From positions 62,001 to 126,000 of IMG/VR virus record IMGVR_UViG_3300025319_000005: a stretch of 64,000 nt of DNA; one strand, 5' to 3'. Shown here piece after piece: positions 48,312-58,285 of this stretch. Both the position numbers and the translations under genes were made by a program. Below the pieces are notes generated by a model. The model was not told the DNA's origin and did not search any database. It worked only from the letters and a program-made list of their open reading frames with translations. Numbering within the stretch: the first letter of the stretch is position 1; each line of letters opens with the position of its first letter.

Positions 48312-48690
48312 TTTTATATTTTTCGGTTAATACTTTTCTATCATTTAAAAATTGCAACGGAACCTTACTTAATGTGACGTAATAGATTTTCCACTTTTCA
48401 GTTTTATCATTAAAAAAGAATGAAATAGTTCCAATCTTATCATGAGAAATATATTTAGAATTATTTAAATTATTTTTATAATTAAAAGGCTCACTTATAA
48501 AAAAATAAATTTGTCTTCCATTTTTATCTCTTCTTATTGATTTATCTTTTTCAAAATATCCAATATTTTTATTGTTAAAATATACAAAATAAAGATTCCA
48601 AATTTTAGAAGGCCTTACTTCAAATTCTTTTAATTTGTGTTTTTTACATACAAAATACGGATAAACTTGTTTCATGATATTAATTATCAA
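48283..48690 (-). CDS. hypothetical protein with C-terminal RKVLTEK
   Basis: ORF track. Confidence 0.65.
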   Translation of the reverse strand: MIINIMKQVYPYFVCKKHKLKEFEVRPSKIWNLYFVYFNNKNIGYFEKDKSIRRDKNGRQIYFFISEPFNYKNNLNNSKYISHDKIGTISFFFNDKTEKWKIYYVTLSKVPLQFLNDRKVLTEKYKNEHNNTYNI

Positions 48691-49216
48691 ACCAAAAAAC
48701 TATCCTTACATCATCCAAATTTCCAAGTTCTGACAATTCTTCAATATGTTTACAAAAAGTACCATCCGGACCACCAATAATGTCATAATAAGTTTTGTCT
48801 TCCCAATCTTCATCATACTCTCGTGGAAATGATATTTTTTCGAATATAACATTCCTTGAATTTGTAGAAAATTCCTGTTCTGGTGTTCTTAAATCTTGAT
48901 TAAAATCAAATTCAACCAATTCTCTAAGCGTTACAAAAGAAATAGTATGACCATCACCTTCCCATCCTATCCAGTTGCTTTTAACTGCAATAGAAACATC
49001 AATCGGCAATTTATAAGAAGGCTCTTTTATTGGTTTTACGTTACTTCTAACACCAGCTAAAAAACCAAACATACTATAAGAGCGCCAATCAAAAGGTGAA
49101 CTGGATTTTTCCGTATCAAAACTATATGATGGAGTAAAATGTTTACCGGTAAATAATTCCCATTTACATTTACCGTTTTTTCTTGTTTCAACGTGAATAT
49201 GAATATCAGCTCCCAT
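48680..49216 (-). CDS. phage hypothetical protein (MGADIH...RIVFWFDN)
   Basis: Recurrent phage-family termini; internal RNVIFEK. Confidence 0.8.
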   Translation of the reverse strand: MGADIHIHVETRKNGKCKWELFTGKHFTPSYSFDTEKSSSPFDWRSYSMFGFLAGVRSNVKPIKEPSYKLPIDVSIAVKSNWIGWEGDGHTISFVTLRELVEFDFNQDLRTPEQEFSTNSRNVIFEKISFPREYDEDWEDKTYYDIIGGPDGTFCKHIEELSELGNLDDVRIVFWFDN

Positions 49217-49902
49217 TATTTTAAAATATTTACTTTTTCAATTAAAACATTTCTTGAATATGTATTTGCTTTTAAAATATAATAGTTTAACATATCTTCA
49301 TATTTATCATGCTTTCTATCTAAATATACACTCGCATCTTTATATAACCAATTTAAAATACTCATAATTTGTTGATTACCTTTTTTATAAACTCTATATA
49401 TCATTTTCATTTTTCCATATCCAAGGACAATATTTGTTTCTTTCAAAAATATATCATAAATTTTTTTCATAAGCTGTTCAGTTCCAACAATACTAAATTG
49501 ATAACGTCTATAATTTTTATCCATCGTATAACAAATAGAACCATCTCCATCAAACAAACCTCTAATAAAATGCCTATATAAATGCTCTTTTATAATAGGA
49601 AATTTAGCTATTTTACTTTTTCTTGGAACGACTCCATAGTTGTTTAAATTGTTTATTATTTCTTTTTTTGTACAACTGAAATAATATATAGGCCCAAATC
49701 CATGGTCTGTAATTGAAATTGGTTTTTCATCTATATAAATTAATTTAGATAACTTTTCTAAGTGTCCCTTATCTTTAATATTAACTCTTAAATTCTTATT
49801 TCCAATATTACAACCATCAGCAAGAATAAATCCTAACCAATATGCTTCTTCTTCTGTATTTATATTTTTAAATACATTTTTGTTATATTCATATTTTTTC
49901 AT
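49216..49902 (-). CDS. LAGLIDADG homing endonuclease
   Basis: AYWLGFILADG and HFIRGLFDGDG; YLDRK; extra C-terminal RNVLIEK. Confidence 0.9.
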   Translation of the reverse strand: MKKYEYNKNVFKNINTEEEAYWLGFILADGCNIGNKNLRVNIKDKGHLEKLSKLIYIDEKPISITDHGFGPIYYFSCTKKEIINNLNNYGVVPRKSKIAKFPIIKEHLYRHFIRGLFDGDGSICYTMDKNYRRYQFSIVGTEQLMKKIYDIFLKETNIVLGYGKMKMIYRVYKKGNQQIMSILNWLYKDASVYLDRKHDKYEDMLNYYILKANTYSRNVLIEKVNILK

Positions 49903-50085
49903 GTTAATAAATATGGAAAAAATAATTAGTTACAACCCATCACAACCCACAATAACAATTAAACATAATTTGTGTTTTTTTTTCTTGCAAATGTAAAAAA
50001 AAAATTTGATAATATTTATTAAAAGCTAATAAAAATAGCAAAGATATTTAAGATACGACTTAGGAGTTCCAAAAAACATAGAGAC

Positions 50086-51642
50086 TTATAGAAAGAGCAT
50101 AGTTTTCACTTTGCTTTTTTCTGTTTTATTCTGTGCGTTTTGCTGAAACAAATAATTGTTCTTATTTGCCCTACGAACACTCTTCTTCGTAAGTTGGAGG
50201 CGTTTACACATTTCTTTCCAAGAACTTATGTTCTGTAATTCGTTATAATCCATCTGTGTGATATTACTCACGTTGGTTATAACTCCTTCATGGAAAGAAG
50301 GCATAAACTTTCCTCCTTTAATATATTTTATCATCCCTCTCCTACAAATCTCAATGCTTGCTGCGATTGGATCAAATGTATTATAATTTATATTTCCGAT
50401 AAAACTCGAATAACATGGGTTTATCTCAATCTTCTTTATTCCATAAAATGAACACCACTTATCTGAAAGTTGAGCAATTAAATTTCGACACCAGATATTG
50501 TTTATCTGTCTATTTGAATTCTTATTTCCATTGTCTTTACCAGAAATGTTGGTTAGTTCCTCAATAACAAAATTACACGTATGATAATGTTCTAGTTCTG
50601 AAAAAAGATTTTTTATTGCAATTGACAATTCATGTTTTCTTTTGTCTGAAGACACTTCTTTTTCTGAGAGTTTTACGAAATCAATAAATCCTTTTTTTAT
50701 TATCTTAAAATCACCTTCCAATGAACTACTTAATTCATTTTTGTCACAAATTGAATAACCGATTCCTTTTGGATTTAAATCTATTCCACAATATCTATTT
50801 TGCATTTTTATACCAAACATGCGTTGTTCGTGATCTCTGTGTGCTTGTGAAATAAGTTGTTTTCGTTCGGTTTTATCTGTAACGTGTTTTATGTCTTTAT
50901 AGAGTTGTTTTTCGTTAAACCATTTTCCACTAATCCTACTTTCTTCATATGTGATACAAATGTATGTTGAAGTCAATTTAATTGTAACAGGTATTTCTTT
51001 TTGCTGACACAACAAAGCAATAATTTTTAATATTCCTTTTTGTTTTTGTGTTGCATAAAACGAAATGTTAACTTTTCTTTTTGAATTTTCATATTTAAAA
51101 ATAACATTTCCATTTCCGAGTTCTTTTAAATTAAAAAAACGGTTACCTTTGCTGGCTGAATCTCCATAAAAAGTAATTGGCAACAATCTATTTTCTTTAA
51201 ATTTCTGTTTGTTTTTTAAATATAATTCTGGATTAGAAATCTTTTGTTTTGTTATAACTTGCAATAATTTTCTCCCGCCAAAAACAACATTCAAATTTAA
51301 AGACTTGTTTAAAGAAGAAATTTTTCTTTGCAATTTTTTCTTTAAATTTGGTTTTGTTTCGTTTTTAAGTTTTTCATGCAATTTAATAATATTCTTGTTA
51401 ATCCTTTCTTTGTTGGATTTCTCTCGTTCTTTAAAAGCGATTACTTCTTTTATAAGATAACTATATGCTTTATTTGAGTGAATGTGTTTAGAAATAATTT
51501 CATCGATAAAATTCTTATCCTCAATTAACTCAATATTGCGATACATTTTTCTGAAGGCAATCGAATATTGTTTTTGTAAAGAAATGATAAACTCTTTGTC
51601 TTCTTGATTGATGTTTGTTATTTTGAGTTTAAGGGTTAACAT
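50086..51642 (-). CDS. tnpB: TnpB-like RNA-guided RuvC nuclease
   Basis: VVFGGR, GNRFF, GIDLNP, VIEEL, INPCYSSFIG, DPIAASIEICRRG; D/E/D intact; no C4 Zn finger. Confidence 0.85.
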   Translation of the reverse strand: MLTLKLKITNINQEDKEFIISLQKQYSIAFRKMYRNIELIEDKNFIDEIISKHIHSNKAYSYLIKEVIAFKEREKSNKERINKNIIKLHEKLKNETKPNLKKKLQRKISSLNKSLNLNVVFGGRKLLQVITKQKISNPELYLKNKQKFKENRLLPITFYGDSASKGNRFFNLKELGNGNVIFKYENSKRKVNISFYATQKQKGILKIIALLCQQKEIPVTIKLTSTYICITYEESRISGKWFNEKQLYKDIKHVTDKTERKQLISQAHRDHEQRMFGIKMQNRYCGIDLNPKGIGYSICDKNELSSSLEGDFKIIKKGFIDFVKLSEKEVSSDKRKHELSIAIKNLFSELEHYHTCNFVIEELTNISGKDNGNKNSNRQINNIWCRNLIAQLSDKWCSFYGIKKIEINPCYSSFIGNINYNTFDPIAASIEICRRGMIKYIKGGKFMPSFHEGVITNVSNITQMDYNELQNISSWKEMCKRLQLTKKSVRRANKNNYLFQQNAQNKTEKSKVKTMLFL

Positions 51643-51645
51643 AAC

Positions 51646-51801
51646 TTATTTGTTATTGTTTTTTAAATCATTTTCCATAAATTGTCTAATCCGTTCAGAC
51701 ATATTATATTCATTATTCATACAAAAAATTCTATAATTATTTTTGAGATTTTTGTTAACTCGAATGATTAGCAATTTATTTTCTTTCTCTTTTGTTTTCA
51801 T
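51646..51801 (-). CDS. ribbon-helix-helix-like protein upstream of tnpB
   Basis: LLIIRVNKNLK...NMSERIRQFM; start reassigned. Confidence 0.7.
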   Translation of the reverse strand: MKTKEKENKLLIIRVNKNLKNNYRIFCMNNEYNMSERIRQFMENDLKNNNK

Positions 51802-51946
51802 GTCTATAAATATAAACAAAAAAATTAAAATCGCAATAAATAAATATTTTAAAGATAAATAAAATTTTGTAATATTTATTAAAGCCGATAGAAATGGCAA
51901 AGACATTCAAAATACAGCTTAGGCCGTTATTGTTGCAAAACAATAA

Positions 51947-51980
51947 AAATCCCATCCAGTTCGCTGCCGGATGGGATTTT
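51947..51980. terminator. Intrinsic terminator
   Basis: aaaatcccatcc...ggatgggatttt. Confidence 0.8.
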
Positions 51981-52003
51981 GCTTTATGGATATGTTTTAA
52001 ATC

Positions 52004-52432
52004 TTAAGATCTAAGAATATATTTTGCTATTTTTGAAGTCCGGCCACTTTTGTTTACAAAAGAATGAACGGATGTCTCAATATTCATTCCTCCTTTTTTT
52101 AAATCAAAAACAAGAGCTCCAAGTCTCAAAACTCCATATAATTCAATGGCTTCTAACACATTGATAGAACCTTTCTTCATAAGATGTTTAAGAACCATAT
52201 CATATTGAGAACTTGGTTTTACATATTTTTTAATAATTGTTTTTTTTGCTACCGGTGTTTTTAATGCTGGTCTTACTTTTGATAACATTTTTTTTGCTAC
52301 AGGCGCTTTTTTTGTTGTTGTAACTGATTTAGTTAAGCGATTTGCACTTTTCTTTAGTGGAGATTTTGTTGCTGCTTTTTTTAAGCGAGCTGGCTTTGCA
52401 GTTTTCGCACTGCTTTTAGTTGTTTTTTTCAT
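52004..52432 (-). CDS. winged-HTH protein with histone-H1-like Lys/Ala/Thr N-tail
   Basis: AKK/KKT repeats then SQ..VL.HL...GSI..LEA...YG..RL.A.V.DL. Confidence 0.8.
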   Translation of the reverse strand: MKKTTKSSAKTAKPARLKKAATKSPLKKSANRLTKSVTTTKKAPVAKKMLSKVRPALKTPVAKKTIIKKYVKPSSQYDMVLKHLMKKGSINVLEAIELYGVLRLGALVFDLKKGGMNIETSVHSFVNKSGRTSKIAKYILRS

Positions 52433-52559
52433 TGTTTTTTAGATTTGATTATTGATTGATATTTTATTATTGGCAGCTAAGATAATAATTTATTTGTTAT
52501 TTCCAGCAATTATGGTTAAATTCTTAAAAATTTAGCATATTTATATTAAAACTGACTAA

Positions 52560-52772
52560 ATGAAAAACTTTTTGATTAATTTATGGAAAGAATTATTTGG
52601 AAAAACACCAAATACAACAATAATTATACCTGCAGAAACTATTTCCGAAAAAACTATTGAAGTACATAAGGTTGATTGTGCTTGTAAAGAAAAAAAAGAA
52701 GTTAAAAAGGTGAAGCCAGTTAAAAAGACACAACCTGCAAAAATAGCTCCAAAAACAAAGAAGAAAAAGTGA
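52560..52772 (+). CDS. small basic protein
   Basis: TATTTATA upstream; Lys/Pro-rich tail. Confidence 0.6.
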   Translation: MKNFLINLWKELFGKTPNTTIIIPAETISEKTIEVHKVDCACKEKKEVKKVKPVKKTQPAKIAPKTKKKK

Positions 52773-53043
52773 TGTTAATCCATGTCCATGAACATATGTT
52801 CAGTGACAACACTGTCTGATAGTTCTTTATTTGCTCTTTTTGGAAATTTAATAATTCTTTTTCTCTGTTTATTATAATTTCAGCAATTTCTTTTTTTGGA
52901 AATGAAAGAGCTTTTGTTGGGTCATTTGTCCATCCTCTCATCGGAGAGTCTACTGTGTGATTGTGATTTTCTAAATCTAAACTCATAAAATACCATAATC
53001 TGGTTATTGAATTTTCTATAAAATATATGCAATTCGTTTCCAC
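52720..53043 (-). CDS. hypothetical protein
   Basis: Operon; GTG start. Confidence 0.5.
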   Translation of the reverse strand: METNCIYFIENSITRLWYFMSLDLENHNHTVDSPMRGWTNDPTKALSFPKKEIAEIIINREKELLNFQKEQIKNYQTVLSLNICSWTWINITFSSLFLELFLQVVSF

Positions 53044-53274
53044 TTATTTTTTTAAAACTAAGTTATGGCTTATTTCTACTATTTTTTTACCACTAACTAT
53101 TATGGCGCCATTTTCTATAGCTTTTAACATAATGGTTTTGTTGGTTAAGTCGTAATGCGGATGTCCTTTTCTAACTCCTTCAAAAAAATGTCTCTTGAGT
53201 CCTATTTTTTCAGCGAAAGAATGTAGCTCTTTTAAACTATCTGCTACCATATGGACTCTATCCACATATACCAT
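53044..53274 (-). CDS. DUF4031-like protein
   Basis: MVYVD..HMVADS..ELH.FA..IGLKR..F...HPHYDL. Confidence 0.85.
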   Translation of the reverse strand: MVYVDRVHMVADSLKELHSFAEKIGLKRHFFEGVRKGHPHYDLTNKTIMLKAIENGAIIVSGKKIVEISHNLVLKK

Positions 53275-53925
53275 TTAAACAGTTTTATCTAAATTATATT
53301 TTTCATAATAAAACTTTCTGGTTTTATCAATATAAGATTTATCAACTCTTGAAACCTCTAAAAGATAAAGATAAGCGTCAAGTGCAATTTTAGCACGAGA
53401 ATTCATCGGAAAAATATCTGCATTTTTTACCAGAAAATACTTAACAATATCTTTTGCATGTGTTTTTGCGTCTTCTGGAATCATTTTAAAAATATAACCT
53501 TTACCAAGAAGTGGTTTTGACCTTTTCGACCTAAACAAACTATATAGTTCCAAAATTCCAGGAAACTCAGATACTCCATTGTTGAATAGATTATCATAAT
53601 GTTTTATAAAAGCTTCTTTTTCATTTTTAAGATTTTCTTCTACAAACTTAGGACTTTTCCCTTTAAGGTTCTTCCTTATTATTATAATACTTTTAATATC
53701 TTCATCAGAATGTATTCTGCCGGGAAATAAGTCTTCGCCAGAAAAATCATTATTAGTTTTTGGAACGTCAATATTTTTTATTTTCGAAACAGCTTTTTTT
53801 ACTATTCTTGGTGGAATTCCTAATGATTTTAACTTATTTGCAACTACTATTGGATTTCTTTTAGAATTATCGGCTTCTAAAAGCACATCTAATTGTTTTG
53901 AAATGTATTTTTTTAACTGGCTCAT
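53275..53925 (-). CDS. hypothetical (putative late/virion) protein
   Basis: LKKYISKQLDVLLEA N-terminus; TATTTATT upstream. Confidence 0.7.
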   Translation of the reverse strand: MSQLKKYISKQLDVLLEADNSKRNPIVVANKLKSLGIPPRIVKKAVSKIKNIDVPKTNNDFSGEDLFPGRIHSDEDIKSIIIIRKNLKGKSPKFVEENLKNEKEAFIKHYDNLFNNGVSEFPGILELYSLFRSKRSKPLLGKGYIFKMIPEDAKTHAKDIVKYFLVKNADIFPMNSRAKIALDAYLYLLEVSRVDKSYIDKTRKFYYEKYNLDKTV

Positions 53926-53959
53926 GACATTGTTTTATAATAAATAGGTCAACAAAACA

Positions 53960-54175
53960 TTAATTATCTGATTTTTCAAATAGCACTTTTCTTGTTTGAT
54001 TCTCTCTATATATTATATCTGTTCTAAAATTATCATTATTTGACCCAAATACCGTTGTGTTCATACTAATAAAGGCGTGTCCCTCTAAAGAAATAAATGC
54101 TAAAGCAGAACTTATCGCTTCTGAATCTATTTGTTCTTGACTACTATGAGATGTTATTTTTATATGTTTTAGCAT
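53960..54175 (-). CDS. hypothetical protein with C-terminal RKVLFEK
   Basis: ORF track. Confidence 0.7.
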   Translation of the reverse strand: MLKHIKITSHSSQEQIDSEAISSALAFISLEGHAFISMNTTVFGSNNDNFRTDIIYRENQTRKVLFEKSDN

Positions 54176-54178
54176 TAT

Positions 54179-54421
54179 TTAAGGTCTAAATCTTCCAAAG
54201 TCAATTATTTTTTCAGTCAATACTATTCTGGTTATTTTATTTTCTCCTTCAATTGTCGCTGAATAATGAGGGTAAATGTTAAATTTTATAGAAAATTTTT
54301 TAATTTTTTGTCCAGAATTTGCAAAAAAAGCAAAACACTCTTCTATTTCTGGCGTTATGAAATGTATTTGAAATCCGTCAATCGGATTAATTATTCCATT
54401 TATTATCATTTCTTTAGTCAT
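54179..54421 (-). CDS. hypothetical protein with C-terminal RIVLTEK
   Basis: ORF track. Confidence 0.7.
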   Translation of the reverse strand: MTKEMIINGIINPIDGFQIHFITPEIEECFAFFANSGQKIKKFSIKFNIYPHYSATIEGENKITRIVLTEKIIDFGRFRP

Positions 54422-54689
54422 GATTTTAATCTATTATCTTCCAGCAACAGCATATTTTGTTATTCCTATGAATTCTTTTTTTGCCCAATTATCAATTATT
54501 GATAATTCCTTGTCTGTTGGACGTTTATTATGTGGACCACGTATTTGCACTGCTCTACCATCTCTAACCTCTATAGTTACCATACTTATACCGAACAGTC
54601 TTAAAGAGAAAATTGAACATGACCATTTTAAACAAGAGCTTAAATAAGAATACACACAATGAGCCATACTTTTTCCCTCATCAGACACC

Positions 54690-56426
54690 TTAAACAATAG
54701 AAGATAGATATAAACATGATTCTTTTTGTTTTGTTTGTTTTGCATTCAAAACAAAAACATGTTTATCTATTTTGCTATGTCGAAGTTTCGCTGAACGAAG
54801 GTGAAAAAAAGTTGCCTCCTTTTCCTGTTCATCCAGCCACAAGTCTCGTAAAGACTTTCGGTATCTGAGTCCCGATAATTGGATTTTGTCGTGAAGTTCT
54901 TTCCAATTACAACACTCCTCCAATGCCTCAACATCTCGCAGAGAACCTGAGTTCATCCGTCTCATAGCGTGAAGACCAGTTTGTGATATACTTGGATAGA
55001 ATGTGCCTTTTGTGAATTTAAAAGCACCACGCCTACCAATTTCAATTGCCGCATTTACACAATCAACAAAGGAATTGTTTATGTTTCCTATAGTGGTTGA
55101 ATAAGCACAGTTTATTTCTAATTTTTTTATTCCAATTTTTGTGCAATAAGAATTAATTATCTCTTCGGAAAGAGTTCTGTGCCACACATTGTAAATCTGC
55201 CTGTTTGCTTCTTTTGGTTTATCATTTGAATCTTTTTTGTTGAAATTAAGTTCCTCACAAATGAAATATGCACACTTAAAGTATCTCGCTGTCTTAAACA
55301 CGTCTTTCCAAATGTGGCTTATTCCGTGTGTTCTTTTATTTGTTATGCAAGCTCGTTCTTCTTTTGTTGCTTCTTTTGGTGGGTTTGCATTAAGCTCTTT
55401 TAAGTCGTAATATGAGCCATGAACAAACGAAAAATCACCGGTATCGTTATTTTTATCTATTATTGCAACTCCAATATAATTGGGGTTTGAATCGTAAGCG
55501 ATATATCTGTTTTTATTTTTTCCAAACAACATTTTTTTATCCAACTCATTATAATGTTTTTTGTATATATTACTTATTAATTCTTTTGTTTGTTCTTTTG
55601 AAAGATTTTTCTTTTTTATATCTAAACATTCTTGCCTTCTTTTGGATTTATCGATATTAAATCCTTCCAAAATAGAGTCGTCATAAGCAATGGATATTGT
55701 TTTTGTTGACAAATAAACTGATAAAGATATTTCTTTTTTATCAGACATAGCCTGCAGTTCAGAAAGAAGATTTTTTCTTTTGTCAGAAAATTCTATTTTT
55801 ATTTTTTTGCCTTTTCCTGGTTTATAGATTATAATTCCATTGCATAAATCAAATGTAAAAAACCTATTTCCTTTTTGGTTTGATTCACCAAGAATGTATA
55901 AACTATTATTTCTTTGTTCTTGATATTCTTCTTTTGTTTTTGCTAATTTTCCTGCAAAATCTTGTTTTTTATCTTCTTCTTTTTCTGCTGAAACCATATT
56001 TGACAAATAAGAAATATACCTTAAATTTTCTTTGCCTCCGAAAGTGATGTCTTTTGGCATTAAAAAATTTAATTCCGAAAGTTTATTTTTGAGTTTGTAT
56101 AGTTTCTTTTTATTAAATTTATCTTGTTTTTTACCTTTTGCTTCTAATTTCTCAATTGATTTATTTATGTCAATAATTCGATTATTAACTTCTTCTTTGT
56201 TTGATAAAGTTTTTTTAAACAGGCTAATAACTTCTGAAGCAACGCTTCTGGATTCTATAAGATTTAATCCAAGATTATTTTTTGCAAAAGCAACAAGCTC
56301 TTCTTCTTTTGTATTTCCATTTGTCATTCGATATAGCACACGTTTCGCATGAGAATATTGCATTTGTTTTTCAGAAACAAATTCTTCATCAGAAAGCGAT
56401 TTTATATCTAATAGAATAGATTTCAT
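54690..56426 (-). CDS. tnpB: TnpB-like RuvC nuclease of IS607
   Basis: ITFGGK, GNRFF, AYDSNP, ICEEL, INCAYSTTIG, DCVNAAIEIGRRG. Confidence 0.85.
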   Translation of the reverse strand: MKSILLDIKSLSDEEFVSEKQMQYSHAKRVLYRMTNGNTKEEELVAFAKNNLGLNLIESRSVASEVISLFKKTLSNKEEVNNRIIDINKSIEKLEAKGKKQDKFNKKKLYKLKNKLSELNFLMPKDITFGGKENLRYISYLSNMVSAEKEEDKKQDFAGKLAKTKEEYQEQRNNSLYILGESNQKGNRFFTFDLCNGIIIYKPGKGKKIKIEFSDKRKNLLSELQAMSDKKEISLSVYLSTKTISIAYDDSILEGFNIDKSKRRQECLDIKKKNLSKEQTKELISNIYKKHYNELDKKMLFGKNKNRYIAYDSNPNYIGVAIIDKNNDTGDFSFVHGSYYDLKELNANPPKEATKEERACITNKRTHGISHIWKDVFKTARYFKCAYFICEELNFNKKDSNDKPKEANRQIYNVWHRTLSEEIINSYCTKIGIKKLEINCAYSTTIGNINNSFVDCVNAAIEIGRRGAFKFTKGTFYPSISQTGLHAMRRMNSGSLRDVEALEECCNWKELHDKIQLSGLRYRKSLRDLWLDEQEKEATFFHLRSAKLRHSKIDKHVFVLNAKQTKQKESCLYLSSIV

Positions 56427-57026
56427 TTATTTTTCTTGCAGTTCTTTTTTAAATTGATTTAATTTTCTTCTGTGTGAATAAGATTTCATAGAAAAATAAT
56501 GAATAATAGATACGAGGTCTTCCGTAAGTTCTTGTTCATAATTTTTTTCAACAGTTTGTGTTGCGACCACAATTTTTGTTCCAAAAAATCGACAGAAAGT
56601 CTCAAACAAATCAAAGCCAAACCTACAAAGCCTATCTTTGTGTTCTACTACAATATTGTCTATATTTCCTTTTATTACCTCTTCCAATAATTCGTTAAAA
56701 AATTTTCTATCAGAAAAATTCATTCCGGATTTAATATCCTGATATTGTTTATTAATAACAATTCCTTTACTTACGCAAAAATCCATTAATCTTTTTTCTT
56801 GAGAAATTAAATCATTTTTTTGTTTAGATAAGGAAACTCTTGAGTAAGTTACGTTTATTTTTTCTTTTTTTGTGTTTGACAAACCTATTAGTTTATATAC
56901 ATCTTCGTTGTCATACACATAATGATAAGGGTTAATAGCAACATATTTAATTATTCCTTTTTTAGAATAAGAATTTAATGTTTTTTGTGTAATTCCTAAG
57001 GTTTTTCTTACTTCTTTTGCTTTCAT
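56427..57026 (-). CDS. tnpA: IS607 serine transposase
   Basis: N-terminal HTH, YSRVS, QKNDL..Q, DIKSG, EHKDRLCRFGF, ELTEDL. Confidence 0.95.
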   Translation of the reverse strand: MKAKEVRKTLGITQKTLNSYSKKGIIKYVAINPYHYVYDNEDVYKLIGLSNTKKEKINVTYSRVSLSKQKNDLISQEKRLMDFCVSKGIVINKQYQDIKSGMNFSDRKFFNELLEEVIKGNIDNIVVEHKDRLCRFGFDLFETFCRFFGTKIVVATQTVEKNYEQELTEDLVSIIHYFSMKSYSHRRKLNQFKKELQEK

Positions 57027-58285
57027 GTTTTTGTATTAATAAGTATAATTAAAAATACTTTTCTTTTCACAATAGTAAATAGTAATAAAAAAAATTAATC
57101 TGTTTTTATTTGTTTTTATTTAAATCGAGTTCATATAAATCTGCAGCGTTGGATATTTCTGTAATTGTCCAAGTTTTTCTTTTATCATTTTTACCTTCTG
57201 AAAAAGTAAAAGGTCTAACAATAGAGCGATTCCATTTAGAAGTTAAATCCGGCTTATGATAAGAATAAACATTGTTATTTTCTGCTCTGGCTATTCTTCC
57301 TAATTGATTTATTTCTTTGTGCCAAGCGTGTGTATCTCTTATTAGAGCTACAATATTTCTGCCCTTCATATTGAAATTAGGACTTTCTGGTCTATATACA
57401 GCAACCCCATTATTAACCATTCGTTTTGAAACAAATTTCTTTTCATTTATATAATCCAAAACAGTACCAACCTCATCATAGTTTAACATTGGTATATTAA
57501 CAAAAAATTTTATTACAGCTGTCCAAAAATCATTATTTGTAAAATCATGTCTAAGTCTGGACATTAATATTGCGTCAGCCAATCTTGAATCTCCTCCCAA
57601 GCCTAAAACTTGAGAGCGCCTAACTGCATCATCTATTGAATATCCAGGGAATGGAGTTTCAATAAATTCATGAGCCATTTTTTTGGTAATTGGAATAGGA
57701 AATTTAAAAAGCTCTCTTGCACTTTTACCGGATGCTAAATGCAAAAACCATTCTTTATGTTTATCAGTGTTAAATGAACTTTTTTCTGTCCAAGATTGGA
57801 ACATAAATTCTGGAACTTCATATTCACAAAACAAATGTTCTAAAAGTGATTTTAATTACTTGTAAGTATTTTTGCTTTTGAATTCTAAAGTGGAAATATC
57901 TCGAATCCAAAAAATATTCATTTTTAAGACTTCATTAATTACCACATAGTACTCTTTAAGCATTCTAAATGCTTTTATTTTTACAAAAAACTCTAAAACC
58001 TCTTTAACTTTTTTTCTTTCATTTTCATCTTTCATATAGATGAATTGTCCATGAATATTCGTTAATAAAGGTTCAATGATTTTAATTAATTCTTTATTGC
58101 ATCTTCCGGTATTATCAGAAGAGCATTTTTCGGTAGATAATATTTTTAAAGCTTTAGGAAGAGATTTATGCAAATCTATATCAACTGGAAGTTTAGGAAT
58201 AGACTTAACATATTTTTTATGAGCTTCTATTTCTATGATTTCATTATGTATGTATTTTGCATTGGCCATTCCAGTTGTGTGACTA

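Larger units (their letters stand above)
50011..51923. mobile_element. RHH-tnpB unit bracketed by diverged 54-bp direct repeats
   Basis: 50011-50064 vs 51871-51923, 44/54 identical by hand alignment; no transposase. Confidence 0.6.
54681..57130 (-). mobile_element. IS607-family element (tnpA + tnpB), ~2450 bp
   Basis: Serine recombinase plus TnpB; removal restores host frame with TGA shared at both junctions. Confidence 0.9.
54434..58269 (-). pseudogene. pcfJ-like gene broken by an in-frame TAA (57856-57858) and an IS607 insertion
   Basis: Fragments join in frame: ...NTYK*LKSLLEHLF...WTITEISNAADLY|DEGKSMAHCVYSY...TIEV...QIRGPHN. Confidence 0.8.

Noticed and set aside
54690-54745. N-terminus of ORF 54434-54745 as a real gene start
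   Set aside because: It is an alternate frame of the tnpB 3' end; only the part from EGKSM onward belongs to the pcfJ-like fragment
50086-56426. Cas12f/Cas14 effectors or IStron
   Set aside because: No adjacent CRISPR array; only ~100 bp between IS607 left end and tnpA, too short for a group I intron
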